NCBI RefSeq assembly: GCF_004010195.1
Contig: NC_057719.1
Location: 53,563,282 to 53,627,281, forward strand
DNA length: 64,000 bases
Direction: 5' to 3'
Source: Chiloscyllium plagiosum
Taxonomy: Eukaryota
Position numbers and translations under genes: made by a program. This document shows positions 1 through 11,870 of this stretch, in pieces. The stretch's first letter is position 1; every line of letters starts with the position of its first letter. The notes beneath the pieces were generated by a model that ran no database searches, was not told the DNA's origin, and worked only from the letters and a program-made list of their open reading frames with translations.

Positions 1-199
1 GCATTTATCCCCCATCCTGATTGTCATGATGATAAGCTATTTTCTTGAATCTCTGCAATCCTTGTGGTGTAGGACAAACATACTGTAGAGGATCATGAGT
101 TAAGCCAAAGTTTAGCCTTGGTGTTTGTTGTATGCTTCAGAGGTTCAGAGATGTGAAAAACTTCAAAAGCAAATTCTCATGATGTCAGAAGTAGATACT

Positions 200-925
200 G
201 CTCTGGAAGACTTACTCAACCAGTGGACTGAAAATTAGTATCTAAATCTACAAGTAGACTAAACAGAAATTATGGGCTTTTCCATCATTTTGACAGATGG
301 ATATTCAGCAAGAAGACCATTTGTTCACCATCCAGATTTATGTTGTCTCATGTATCATGTTAGGCCAAATCTAATTTGCTGGTCCAATTGCAAATATTAT
401 ATGTGGGCTCACTGTTAGAGGGGTAGTTGAAGGCACTGTCTATGCAGTGTCTGTGTTCTCAAATGTTGAGATTTCTTGATGAAATATGTCTCCATTTGGA
501 ACTGTCCTGTTGTTTTTTCTCCACATAGTGGAGTCCAACTTTCTGGATCTGCGATTGACTTTCACATCATCTTTAGTTGAGTTTGAGATGTCTTATGCTG
601 TGTGGGTTGTAGAATACTGCCTTTGGTATGCAGGAATGCTCCATGTGAATTATATAGTCTGTTCTGTGAAGCTGAGCTCTGAGGTGAATGTTCTCAGGAC
701 CAGATATGTGCCATTGTACAACCACATCAGCCTTAGGGATTTTGTCTTGCTGTCATTGACTTTACTGCCCCAAACGTATTTAAATGTAAAAGAAGCACTG
801 AGACAAACAGCTGTAATCCCCTGCCAGTCCAACCTCAAATTCCTGTGCCATAATTTCTCACCCCAAATTTTCCTTTGCTCAAGGACTGGCTTCCCATCAC
901 AACAACCCTGTCCCCATGAACAACT
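200..925 (-). mobile_element. Very decayed Penelope-like RT/GIY-YIG relic (tentative)
   Basis: Minus-strand translation gives weak, frameshifted echoes of the GVAMGS RT motif near 900 and of a YIGQT...EH endonuclease segment near 300-420. Truncated by the gap. Confidence 0.3.
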
Positions 926-1425
926 NNNNNNNNNNNNNNNNNNNNNNNNNNNNNNNNNNNNNNNNNNNNNNNNNNNNNNNNNNNNNNNNNNNNNNNNNNN
1001 NNNNNNNNNNNNNNNNNNNNNNNNNNNNNNNNNNNNNNNNNNNNNNNNNNNNNNNNNNNNNNNNNNNNNNNNNNNNNNNNNNNNNNNNNNNNNNNNNNNN
1101 NNNNNNNNNNNNNNNNNNNNNNNNNNNNNNNNNNNNNNNNNNNNNNNNNNNNNNNNNNNNNNNNNNNNNNNNNNNNNNNNNNNNNNNNNNNNNNNNNNNN
1201 NNNNNNNNNNNNNNNNNNNNNNNNNNNNNNNNNNNNNNNNNNNNNNNNNNNNNNNNNNNNNNNNNNNNNNNNNNNNNNNNNNNNNNNNNNNNNNNNNNNN
1301 NNNNNNNNNNNNNNNNNNNNNNNNNNNNNNNNNNNNNNNNNNNNNNNNNNNNNNNNNNNNNNNNNNNNNNNNNNNNNNNNNNNNNNNNNNNNNNNNNNNN
1401 NNNNNNNNNNNNNNNNNNNNNNNNN
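926..1425. other. Assembly gap (500 N)
   Basis: Run of exactly 500 N. Confidence 0.99.
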
Positions 1426-3115
1426 TGAGAAGATGGTGGCAATCTGTCTTCATGAACTGCAATAGTTCATTTACTGTAGATAGACCTACAATGCGAATAG
1501 GAATGGAATTCCAGGAATTCAAACCTATGACACTGAAGCCAACATTTTTCCAAGTCAAATGACTTGAAGAGGAACTTACAGGTTGTGGTGTTCCAATGTA
1601 TCTGCTGCCATGGTGGTAGTGGTCATAAGTTTGGAAGGTGCTGTCTCAAGAGCATTATATCTTGATGAATTTCTGCATTATATCTCATATATGTATACAC
1701 TGCTCCTTCTGAATGTTGGAGGAGGTGGTGCCAATCAAGCAGGGTGCTTTATCCTGGATGATATCAAGCTTCTTGAGTGTTGTTGGAGCTGCATTCATCC
1801 AGGCAAGTGGGGAGTATTCCATCATACTCCTGACCTGGGCCTCTTACATCATGTGCAGACTTTAGGCATAAGGAGGGAGTCACTCACTGCCAGATTCTTA
1901 GGCTCTTACCTGCTCTTGTACCCACAGTATTTAAATAGCTAATACAGTTCAGTTTCTGGTCAACGGCAACCCCCAGAGTGTTGATTGTGGAGGATTCAGC
2001 ACCGCTAATGCCATTGAACATCAGGAGACAATAGTTAGATTCTCTCTAATTGGAGATGGTCACCACCTGATCTTTGGACGGTGCAAATGTTGCTTGCCAC
2101 TTGTTTGCCCAAACTTGGATATCATCCCAAGTTATGCTTCCTTGGACATGATCTACTTTAGTATTGGAGGTGTTCTGAATAGTGTTGAAAATTGTGCAGC
2201 CATCAGTGGACATTACCATTTCTAATATTACAATAGGTGACAGGTCATCAAAGAAACAGCTGAAAATGTTTGGCCAAGCTCCTCATATCCTGGAGCCGAG
2301 ATGACATTCATCAGATAACTGCCACTATCTTTGTGTGCGGTTTCCCTCCTGATTCCTATTGTTCTGATATTTGCTGAGGCTCCTAATGCCACATTTGGAA
2401 AATGCAGGCTTGACGTCAAGGGCACCTGTCAGTAAAGAGCTGTCTTGAAAGAATGTCAGATGATTGCACTCAGGGAGACGGTCACCCATGAATTCAGCTC
2501 TGTTGTCCATATTTGAACCAAGGCTGTAATGAGGTGAGAAGCAGAGTGACCCTGGTAGAACCCAAACTGGGTGTCATTGAGCAGGTTATTGCTGAGTAGG
2601 TGCTGCTTGGTAGTACTGTTGATGACACTTTCTGTTGCTTTAATGATGATCGAGAATAGACTGATGATGCAGTAAGTAGTTGGGATGTATTTCTCCTGAT
2701 TTTATGTTCAGGACATTCCAGGACAATTTTCCACATTGTTGGGTAGATGTCAGTGTTATAGCTGTATGCAGCAGCTTGACTGGGGACACAGGAAGTTATG
2801 GAGCACAAGTATTCAGCACCATTGCTAGAATGTTGTCAGGGTCCACAGCCTTTGCAGTATCCAGTGCCTTCAACTGTTATTTATATCGTAGATAGAATCA
2901 AACTTGCTCAAGCCTTGCATCTGTGACACTGGACATCTCTCGAGGAGGCTAAGATGGATTATCTACTATTCCTGGTATGCCCTCCTTGCACTCTTTTTAG
3001 AGAACAAGGATTAACCTGCTTACATAATTGTCTCGGTAGAGTGAAGGATATGTGAACCATGAGGTTGCAAATTGTGTTGAATTTGATTCCACTGCTATTG
3101 ATGACCCACAATGCC
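1426..3115 (-). mobile_element. CR1-group LINE, 3' RT part, decayed
   Basis: Antisense homolog of the element at 28067-29310. Minus-strand peptide PTMWKIVLECPEHK matches PTMWKIVQACSVHK in that copy. Confidence 0.8.
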
Positions 3116-3214
3116 TTGGTAATGATTATCATTCAATCTTTAATTCCAGATTTTTATTGAATTCAAATTCCACTAAATGGAAAATGAGCTGCTCGGAACC
3201 TTGCAGCCTTCAGG

Positions 3215-3655
3215 TCTCAATATCGTGTTCAATAATTTTAGAACTTGAACACCATCTTCTGTGCCCTTTGCCCACCCCAGCACCTAGACCCTGTGATAAC
3301 ATGGCCTGCTTTTAACACAGCCAACTCATTTTATCAACTTACAGTCTCATTATTAGCTTTTCTTTCTTGTTGGCATGCTATCATCCATGCCTTTTGCTGC
3401 CTAACTCTCTCTCTCTCTCTCTCTCTCTCTGGGCTCTATCTCCGCCCATCCACTAACTCTTTCCACACCTCCATTACTCCTTCTCCCACTCCCAACATCT
3501 GTCTTCAGCATATAGACCACATTTTTCTAGCTAAGAATTGGAAATATTAACTCTGCTTTCTCTCTGCTGATTGCTGCCAGACCTACTCAGTTCCTTCAGC
3601 AATTTGTGTTTATTGCTTTAGATTTCAAGCAACCATAGTTCTTTGTTTTACTTTC
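3215..3655 (+). mobile_element. Penelope-like 3' end/pseudo-LTR relic with (CT)n at 3405-3430
   Basis: Terminal motif ctttctctc...tgctgccagacctactcagttccttcagcaattt resembles the other pLTR copies (e.g. 10980-11070), preceded by a pyrimidine-rich tract. Confidence 0.5.
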
Positions 3656-4849
3656 CTCTAATAACTGAACCTTGTTGAAATATAGAAAAGGATACATTTC
3701 AGTTCAGGTTGGACGATGGCAGCTGATCAGTCCAATGGTGCAGTACAACTCAGCTGAAGAAGATCAAAGAAGCCAGAGTTCATATTCAGAAGTTGATGAT
3801 AAAATGCTGCAGCAGTTTATGTTGCAGAAAGATATCCCATCCAGATTGAATTGTGCAGGATCTGCAGCAGTAGGCATTTATAATGTAGACCATGCTTATG
3901 GGAAGCATGTACTGCTAACAGCTGGGGAAGAGACCAGCTCCTCGGAGGAGTGGAACTGGCATTGTTCATGAAATAAACTGAGTTTTGAATAGTTTGAGGT
4001 GGTATCTTCCCATTTTTGGAAAGAGTCTGAAAGTGGGACAGTTTAGAGAAGCCCATGATCTGACAGGATGTGAAGTACACTGTAATTTCAGACAATCAGG
4101 CTGTTGTTTTATGGTGGGCTTTTCACCTATGTTAGAACTCTGAGTGAGGAAGTACCAGGTGCTAAGAGCTCTGGCCAATCCAGTGCTCAGCTGTACCATG
4201 AAGAATGCCCTGGTCAGTCATGTATAACATCAACCCCCAACACCCAACACATAACCCAGAGTGGAGGAGCCACCAAGGAAAAGATCAATGTAGTTTGGGG
4301 TGATCTACTATGGAAGGAACCATGAGGATTACTGTACTGTAAGTCTACTTATCATGCATAGGTTAGTGTTGTGTAGACTCACTCTCCAATTGACAATGGT
4401 CCACACTGGTCAGCCAGCTGGGTAGGCTGTTGCTTTTGCTTATTGCTGGAAGCTGAAATAAGTGCATTATTTGATCACCTAAAGGTGTTAAATGGCTTTG
4501 GTTAAGGAAGGTCAATAAGGGATCTTCTCACCCAGAACTTCATTCCAGTGAACACGGGAAGGTGGTAGGGTTCTGGTACGTGACAATCCTGCTTAACTAA
4601 ACACCTTTCTTGATTGTGCTCCCATTGCCTTTGTTCCCAGAAGATTCCGCCCTTTTGTGACTGAGCGTATTCAGTAAAATCTGAGTGGCATGCTGAGCCA
4701 ATTTTTTTCTGCCACTTAATGTGCAATTTATCCTTTATATCACACCACAAATTCCCTATTAATTGATGCTTAACTCGTGTTAATTCCAAATATTAGTGTG
4801 CAGGATAAATGTAAAAACTCGCATTTCATACCTACTTAGTTCAGAAAAA

Positions 4850-6000
4850 GAATTATTACCTCTGCTGAGATTTTAAGAAAGTCTAAATTGTTGGAGGTCA
4901 GAGCCAGGTCAAGAAGTTAACCAAACTCTATCAAGTTAATGCAGAAGCAAGAAGAAAAGCATGCCTCTACTGTCCACCTGTAGAAGCAGAAAGGAACTGG
5001 CCATAGGATTCTTGCTCCTCTCTATCACTGGCAAAATCATGAGCAGAATCCTTCTGAGCCATTAAGTGCAATAGGACGTGCTGCCAGAGAATCAATATGG
5101 TTTCAGAAATGTCTAAAGAACTGCTGATATGATGCTTGCAGTTAAACGGCTTGAAGAGAAATTCCGGAACAGAGCATGGGCTTCTGAACCACATTTGGTG
5201 ATGTGACCAAAACCTTTGATACAGCTCGCCATTGGAAAGTACTGAAAAAGATATGGCTTTCTGAGAAATTCATTACGTGCTCCATGACAACATGCTCACA
5301 CACACCCTGGATTCTGGTGAATCTTTTGATCCTTTTCCCAGTTACAAATGGGATTAAACATGGCTGCGTGCTAGTGTCCACACTCTTTACCATGCTCTCT
5401 GATACTTGTATGTTGGTGATCCCATATTGAAATCATATACAACTTGGATGAGATGCTGTTAGATTTGAGATGGCTGCAGGCAAAGATCAAGATCTCCAAA
5501 GTCGTACGTCACAATTTTCTGTTTGCCAATAATTGTATATTTGCTGATGGTGACAAGCTTGTCATGCTGATCCTGCAATGCAATGTGGGCATTTTTCCAA
5601 TACTTTTGACAACTTAAGCCTTATGGTCAACATGGAATGAACTGAAATTATATGTCAACCAGCATCCAGAAATTCCTAAAACTCAATGTTTTAGTCCATG
5701 ACCAGAGTTTTAACAGTGGATCAGGTTAATTATTTCAGCAGCACATTCGCTTGAGCTGTTTATATTGACAAGATGTGCAAGAATTGTCAAAGCAAATGTA
5801 GGTTTTGGCAGACTTTAAACATCAATCTGATAATAAAGGGGAGTAAATCTCCTTACTAAACAGAAGTCGATACATCAATAGACCTGCTCACTCTTGCTCT
5901 AAGCATGTAAGAATTAGACCTTAAACCACAGTCATGCCAAGAAAGTGACCCACTCTCACTTGAATTCCCTTTGTAAGTTTCTGAAAATCAAATATCAAAT
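4850..6000 (+). mobile_element. RTE-clade LINE reverse transcriptase relic
   Basis: Translation gives TKTFDT...FPVTNGIKHGCVLVSTLFTML (RTE GVKQGCVLAPTLF motif), followed by NFLFANNC (LLFADDC motif). Many stops and frameshifts. Confidence 0.75.
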
Positions 6001-6266
6001 AAAGAGCAGTCATTCTCAGCTCTGAGATCTATGTGTCTAATTATAATGTGCTTTGTACTGAATAAATATATGAGACATGATTAAATGTGAAATATCTGGT
6101 TATTTTACTTTTATGTTATCAGAAAGTGGACAATGTGATGGTCAGTGATAGAGAAAAGAAAATCAGGAATGTTGCTGAACATGATGTTGTGGTTGGTGCT
6201 ATTTGAATTACCCATCAATATTTTCATTATGTAAAGCATGGCAAAAGTTGAAGGTGAGTTGAACCC

Positions 6267-6485
6267 TTGCTCAGTTGGCTGGATGGCTGGTTTGAAATGC
6301 AGCATGATATCAAAAGTGTAGGTTCAATTCCTGCATTGGCTTAGGTGTCCTTCTCAACCTTTTCCCTCACATGACATGTCATGACTGTCAGGTAAAACCA
6401 CCACCAATCTCTCCTCTCTCTCTCCATCTCTATGAGAGAATAGCCTTATGGTTTGGTCGGATTATGGTGACTTTACGTTTACCTT
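6267..6485 (+). mobile_element. tRNA-derived SINE
   Basis: A-box-like gctcagttgg, B-box ggttcaattcc, and a tail of tttac repeats. Confidence 0.6.
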
Positions 6486-6758
6486 TTGAATGGTTGAGCA
6501 GGTATAAAAAGAACCAAATGGACTTCTGCTCCAAAGTTCTATATTCCTTTGTCCTACGTTATACATGAGGCTCTGTGTTTCATCATTGGTCCAATTCTTC
6601 AACATTTACAGAGGAATGTTAACTCACTGGCATCTTAAAATCTTTTACTTGATGTGAACATTACTTGATTTTCATTGCAATAATCAACAACATTCAATTT
6701 GCCTTCCTAAACAATTGTTGTAGGTGCATACCAGCTGCCCTACACCTCGAGTCTACAT

Positions 6759-7150
6759 TAGAGTGGTGGTAGAAAAGCACAGCCAGTCAGGCAGCATCCG
6801 AGGAGCAGAAAAATCAATATTTCGGGCAAAAGCAGAGAACCTCCAGGTTGGGAAGATAAATGGGAGAGGGGTGGGGTTGGGGAGAAGGTAGCAAAGAGTA
6901 TATAGGTGGATGGCGGTGAGGATGAAGGTGATAGGTCAGAGAGGAAGGAGGGGGAAGGTAGCAAAGAGTACAATGGGTGGATGGGGGCGGGGATGAAGGT
7001 AATAGGTCAGAGAGGAGGGTGGAGCGGATAGGTGGGACCGAAGGTTGGCAGGTAGGACCAGTCATGAGGATGGTGTTGAACTGGAAGGTTGGAACTGGGG
7101 TAAGGTGGGAGTAGGGGAAATAAGGAAACTGGTAGAACCCACTCTCCATT
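6759..7150 (-). mobile_element. Penelope-like 3' end/pseudo-LTR fragment
   Basis: Same sequence type as 22121-22400 (gtggtggtagaaaagcacagc...gcagcatccgaggagcag, then a purine-rich tract). Confidence 0.75.
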
Positions 7151-7389
7151 TGCACGAGATTCATAAAACCTTTCTACCTTCCCCTGGGCATAATTTGCTG
7201 TCAGAAGCCTTTTCCTAGCATCAATGGGATGTCTTTCTATCAGAAATGGCCAAGAAGCAGATAAATACCTTTGATGATGCTGCAGTTTATATCAGCTGGA
7301 CCTGACTCAAAGGAGAGAGAAATTTGTTTTAGGTAGCAAACACTCAGCTCTCTTGGAAGGAGCTAAAAGACAAGGCCTGAAGCTCAGTC

Positions 7390-7806
7390 CTAATCAATAC
7401 AATTCCACAGAGTGGCAAGCACCAACCAGGTATACTGGTATGGTTCTCTAATTTGGTTGAAAGCATGATTTGATAGTTCAAATATTAACAACTGTTCTCT
7501 CAAAACTCCAGAGGGAAGGCTGTTACAGAGCAAGAACACAATGTCACCATGAGGAGCACTCCTGCTGCTCCTGGTTACACATTTAGACAAGTGAAAGATG
7601 TATCTTTCTTCTGTGAGTTGCAGCAGCAAATTTAAGAAATGCGAGTCAGGCTGTTGTACACTCAAAAAAAAACTAGTTAGAAGTTGTGCAAGTTCAACAA
7701 AGGTTTTTTTTATCAGTTTTAGAATGATGTCCTTATTAACACATGCAAGGAACTCTTTAAGGCAGACGCCAGTGATACATAAATATAACTTACTCCAATA
7801 TGGCAT
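7390..7806 (-). mobile_element. Ancient Penelope-like RT relic (tentative)
   Basis: FLNLLLQLTEERYIFHL, then in a shifted frame GVLLMVTLCSCSVTAFPLEF*EN. This parallels the PLE RT segment LLxLxLxxNYFxF...GVAMGT...ANLFMxxWE. Confidence 0.35.
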
Positions 7807-8090
7807 TACATACGTTTCAGTTGCTCACAGGTTGTGTGACATAGGCCACAAAATTGAACTTTTTTTGAGACTGTTTTCCACCAAAGAACTCAATGGAAGA
7901 AGCCCAAAATTCTCCAGGCTATGCACATCTATTTCTATTTATTTTTTCATCTGAATCATTGTACTAGAATTTGTTGATGCTTTTCACAGCAAACAATTTG
8001 ATTTCTCTCACCTGGCATTATCCTGTATCAAACACCATAAGTTCTTTCTCTCTATTTTGACTTCACCACTCATGCCCATTAAAATTCCAG

Positions 8091-8392
8091 GGAATCGTAG
8101 AATCCCTGCAGTGTAGAAATAGTCCATTTAGCACAACAAGTCAACACTGACCCTGTGAAGAGATCCCACCTAGAGCCACACCATCCCTGCACCAGCTGTG
8201 GCTAATCCACCTAGCCTGCACATTCCTGGACACTATAGTGTGCCTAATCTGCACACATCTGGACTGGAAGAGAAAACCCACACTGACACAAGGAGAATGT
8301 GCAAACTCCACGTAGACAGCAGCCCAAGGAACTGAACCTGAGTCCCTGGCACTGTGAGGTAGCAGTGCTAACCATTAAACCACTGTGCTATC
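8091..8392 (-). mobile_element. HE1/V-SINE family SINE
   Basis: Reverse-complement homolog of 45369-45703 (gagaatgtgcaaactccac, gcagtgctaacc). Confidence 0.85.
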
Positions 8393-8789
8393 TCAGCTGA
8401 CATTTCTGTCCACTACATACCCTAAGTAATCTGATCCAATGCACTGTATTAGTCCAATCTTATCCACATAGAGTCACTTTCACTCCACAATCCCAACCTG
8501 ATTTACGAGGAAGGAAATAATCTGCAGGTAACAAGTAATTGTCAAAAAAAATCAACAATCAAAGAAAATTTTAAAAAGTTAATCAACTCCTGTAGCAATT
8601 CAATTTAGACAAACTGCCCCTTACATGAAGCAAAGAGTTTATTTAACTCCCCACTGATGGTGGATGTAAGTAACGTTTTTGCCCTTGTTTGTTGGCCTGT
8701 TTGTCTAAAATCAATATATTGTGATAACAATGATACAAATTTTAACAAAATTTGATATGTAGATCAGATATAGTCAAGGGGGGAATTAA

Positions 8790-9240
8790 TGAGTTTTTGC
8801 CGCAGGCATTGATCTGGAATTGGATCCTGGAATTCTTTCAAAGATCCATTAATATCGGGAGAGATGGCAACTTTACTTTTTTTAAAGAATTTTGTGGATT
8901 TTTAAAATCAAATATCATCTTTTTTTTAGTATGTTGCAGATTGACTCAGTTGCTGTGGTGAAATTTGTCATAGCTCTCGAAATAGGAGTAGACGTATTGA
9001 GCAGCTCTTTGGAAATGGTTTGCCATGAAACCTTCCAGTGAAATGAAAGTTTTTAATACGAATATTCTTTGGCTTCGATTTTCCGATGGCCAGGTAATCA
9101 TTTCTGCAGCATAGATGGAGCCGCACAATAAGAGGCTGCAGTATCTCTGTTGTAGAAATCTCCAAGGAAATTGGCCAGAAATTTAAGGTTTTGATGGGCA
9201 ATTCCTCCACACAAAATCTTTCAAAAATATTCATTTAAAT
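8790..9240 (-). mobile_element. L1-type ORF1p relic
   Basis: Minus translation EELPIKTLNFWPISLEI...KPKNIRIKNFHFTGR...ISPDINGSLKEFQDP follows the layout of the fish L1 ORF1p RRM and C-terminal domain. Contains stops. Confidence 0.45.
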
Positions 9241-9639
9241 CAGTGAATTTTGGGGGTTCCATTGCAGTGGTACTCACCTGGCACTCTCACCTCAGACTTA
9301 TATACTAACTGCTTCACCAGATCTGTCAGTCTGCTGAGCTGATCATTTCACCCACAGAATCTGATAACTACTGCCCTAAAGAGGGCAAGGTTTGACTCCC
9401 TTTGTCTATCCCGTGCTACAAGAGATGTGCCAGTTTTAAAATATGCACCAAATTTATATAGGAGCCCTGATCAGAATCTCCTGTCAGAAAGGTGGAGATA
9501 TTTCTTGGCATTAACAAAAAGCAGAGTGACAATCTGATTATGATTGCCAGTCTTTGGAAAATCTGTCTCATTCTACTTTTTGGATATATAATTATAATTA
9601 TAATCTCTCAACCATGCGGGAAAATTCCTACCTGTTTGC

Positions 9640-10235
9640 AGAATTCTGACATGTAGAGGGATGTGAATGTCTGAGTACAGGAATCATATGAAGTTAATAT
9701 GCAGTTAGTGTATAAAGTAACCAGAAAAGCAAGATGAACATTGTCATCTATTGCAAAGGTAGTGAAAAGTAAATATGTGGATGTTTTGACACAGATATTC
9801 AAGAATTGATAAGACTACAGTTGACGTATTGTGTAGTTTGTTAGTCTCCTTATTTCAGAAAGGATACAAATTCATTAGAAACAGTTCAGAACATGTTCAC
9901 GCACTGATACCTTGGGTTGAGGGGTTGCTGGTAGTGTTCTGTTATTAAGAAATTTGTACAGTTTGGATGTTGAAAGGATGTTTCCACTTATGGAAGAGAT
10001 TAGAACTCAGGGACATAGTGAAAAAAATAAGGGGCATCCTATTTGAGATGAAATTGAAGACAATCTTTTTCCCTCAGAATATTATGAGTCTTTGGAACCC
10101 TCTTCTCCAGAGAACAATAGAGACAGAGGCACTGAGTTTTTTTTTAATGGAGAGGTAGATAGAATTATGACTACCAAAGGAGTCATAAGTTTTCAGGGTT
10201 GACCAGGAATGTGAAGTTGATGCCACAATCAGAGT
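9640..10235 (+). mobile_element. CR1 LINE 3' relic
   Basis: Similar to the CR1 ORF2 C-terminus in better copies (aggatgtttccactta...tgagtctttggaaccctcttctccagaga). Confidence 0.65.
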
Positions 10236-10685
10236 CCAGGGCAAAATGATACATGAGAGCCCAATAACTAGGGTTTGGGGAGCTAAGGGACCCACTCTAC
10301 CTGGATTGAAGATGTGATCCACTGTGCTTCAGTTGTTGGGGTGGGGCTGATCTACATGGATTGGGGATTAGGGTCACTGTACTTGGATTGATGTCGGAAG
10401 TGAGGCCAGACTGCTGCACCCAGTTCAGAGGCAGGGTAGGTGAGCCAGGTCAGGAGGAGCACTAGGACCATGGTTTCCGTCTCTGTTGCTGATCATGACC
10501 CTCCCATATCAGCCATGATCTTGGATTATGATAGTACAAGCTTAAGGGACCAAATGATACACTCCAGTTCTTAATATATATTTTCAAATGTGTTCTGTCC
10601 ATAAACCTCAAAGAAGAACAGCGATAATTATAATAATATTGAATAAACGTGTAGCAGAGGTATGTGTTCTGCTGAATGCCATCTT

Positions 10686-11870
10686 ATAGAGTCTTAGAGT
10701 TATACAGCATGAAAACAGACATTTTGATCCAACTCATCCATACCAGTCAAGTTTCCAAAACTAAACTACTCTCACTTGCCTGTGTTTGGCCCATATTCCT
10801 CCAAACCTTTCCTACTTAAGTCCCTACTTAAGTACACACACAAACAGAAGTTACTGGAAAAATTCAGTGGGTTTGGCAGCATCTGTGAAGAGAAATCAGA
10901 GTTCATGGTTCGGGTCTGGTAACCCTTCCTCAGAATGGACCCTGTTCTGCGGAAGTGACACTGGACCCAAAACGTTAACTCTGATTTCTCTTCACAGATG
11001 CTGCCAGACATGCTGAGATGTTGCAATAACTTCTGTTTTTGTTTCTTTTTTAGAGCATCTGCAGTTCTTTCGCTTTTTATTTAGTCTTTTAAGTGTAACT
11101 GTACCTGCATCTACCGCTTCCTCTGGCTTATGAACCACCCTCTGTAAAGACGTTGCCTCGCAGGTCCTTTTTAAATCTTTCTCCTCTCACCTTAAAATTA
11201 TGCCCTGTAGCTTTGAACTCCCCTCACCCTAGGGAAAATATCACTGCTATTCACCATAGCTATGCTCTTCATGATTTTATAAACCACTATAAAGGTCATC
11301 CCTCAACCTCCTATGCCCCAGTGAAAAAAGTCCCAGCCCATCCAGCCTCTCCTTATTACTCAAACCCTCCAGTCCCAGTAACAACATGTAAATCTTTTCA
11401 CCCTCTCCATAATAATGTCCTTCCTAAAGCATGACAATCAGAACTTTATGCATTACTCCAAATATAGCCTCACCAATGCCCTGTACAACAGCATCATGAC
11501 GTGCCAACTCCTATACTCAATGGTCTGAGCAATGAAAGCAAGTGTGTTAAATGCCTTTTCAACCTGTCCACCTCTGATGCAACTATCAAAGAACTATGTG
11601 TCTGGATCTCTTTGTTCGACCACACTCCCCAGAGCCCTACCAGTAACTGTATAAGTCTTGCCCTCGTCTTGCGAAAATGCAATACCTTGCATTTATCAAA
11701 ATTAAACTCCAACTGCCACTCCTCAGCCCTTTGGCACCATTGATCAAGATCCCTTTGTTGTTGTAGATAATCTTCTTCAGTGTCCACTATACCATCCATT
11801 TTGGTGTTATCTGCAAACGTACGAAGCATGCTGTCTAATTTCTCAACTAATCATTTATATATATGTAAAG
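10686..11870 (-). mobile_element. CR1 LINE 3' part, interrupted by a fold-back insertion at about 10835-11085
   Basis: ORF 11494-11829 FADNTKMDGIVD...LQQQRDLDQW...WQLEFNFDKCKVLHF is CR1 RT. Confidence 0.9.
10835..11085. mobile_element. Penelope-derived fold-back (inverted pLTR pair)
   Basis: Arm aaacagaagttactgg...ggcagcatctgtgaagagaaatcagagtt pairs with aactctgatttctcttcacagatgctgcc...aacttctgttt. Confidence 0.75.

Noticed and set aside
486..1562. Long ORFs at 486-1562 (and likewise 32772-33564)
   Set aside because: Artefacts of reading through 500-N gaps.
3672..4325. 99-aa and 73-aa plus-strand ORFs as possible host exons
   Set aside because: No recognisable domain or convincing splice context. 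Possibly a decayed LINE 3' region, but not supportable.
7598..7954. Cys-rich ORF (CSSKFKKCESGCC) as a CXC domain
   Set aside because: Reads as the antisense shadow of the minus-strand frame, and the Cys spacing is not convincing.
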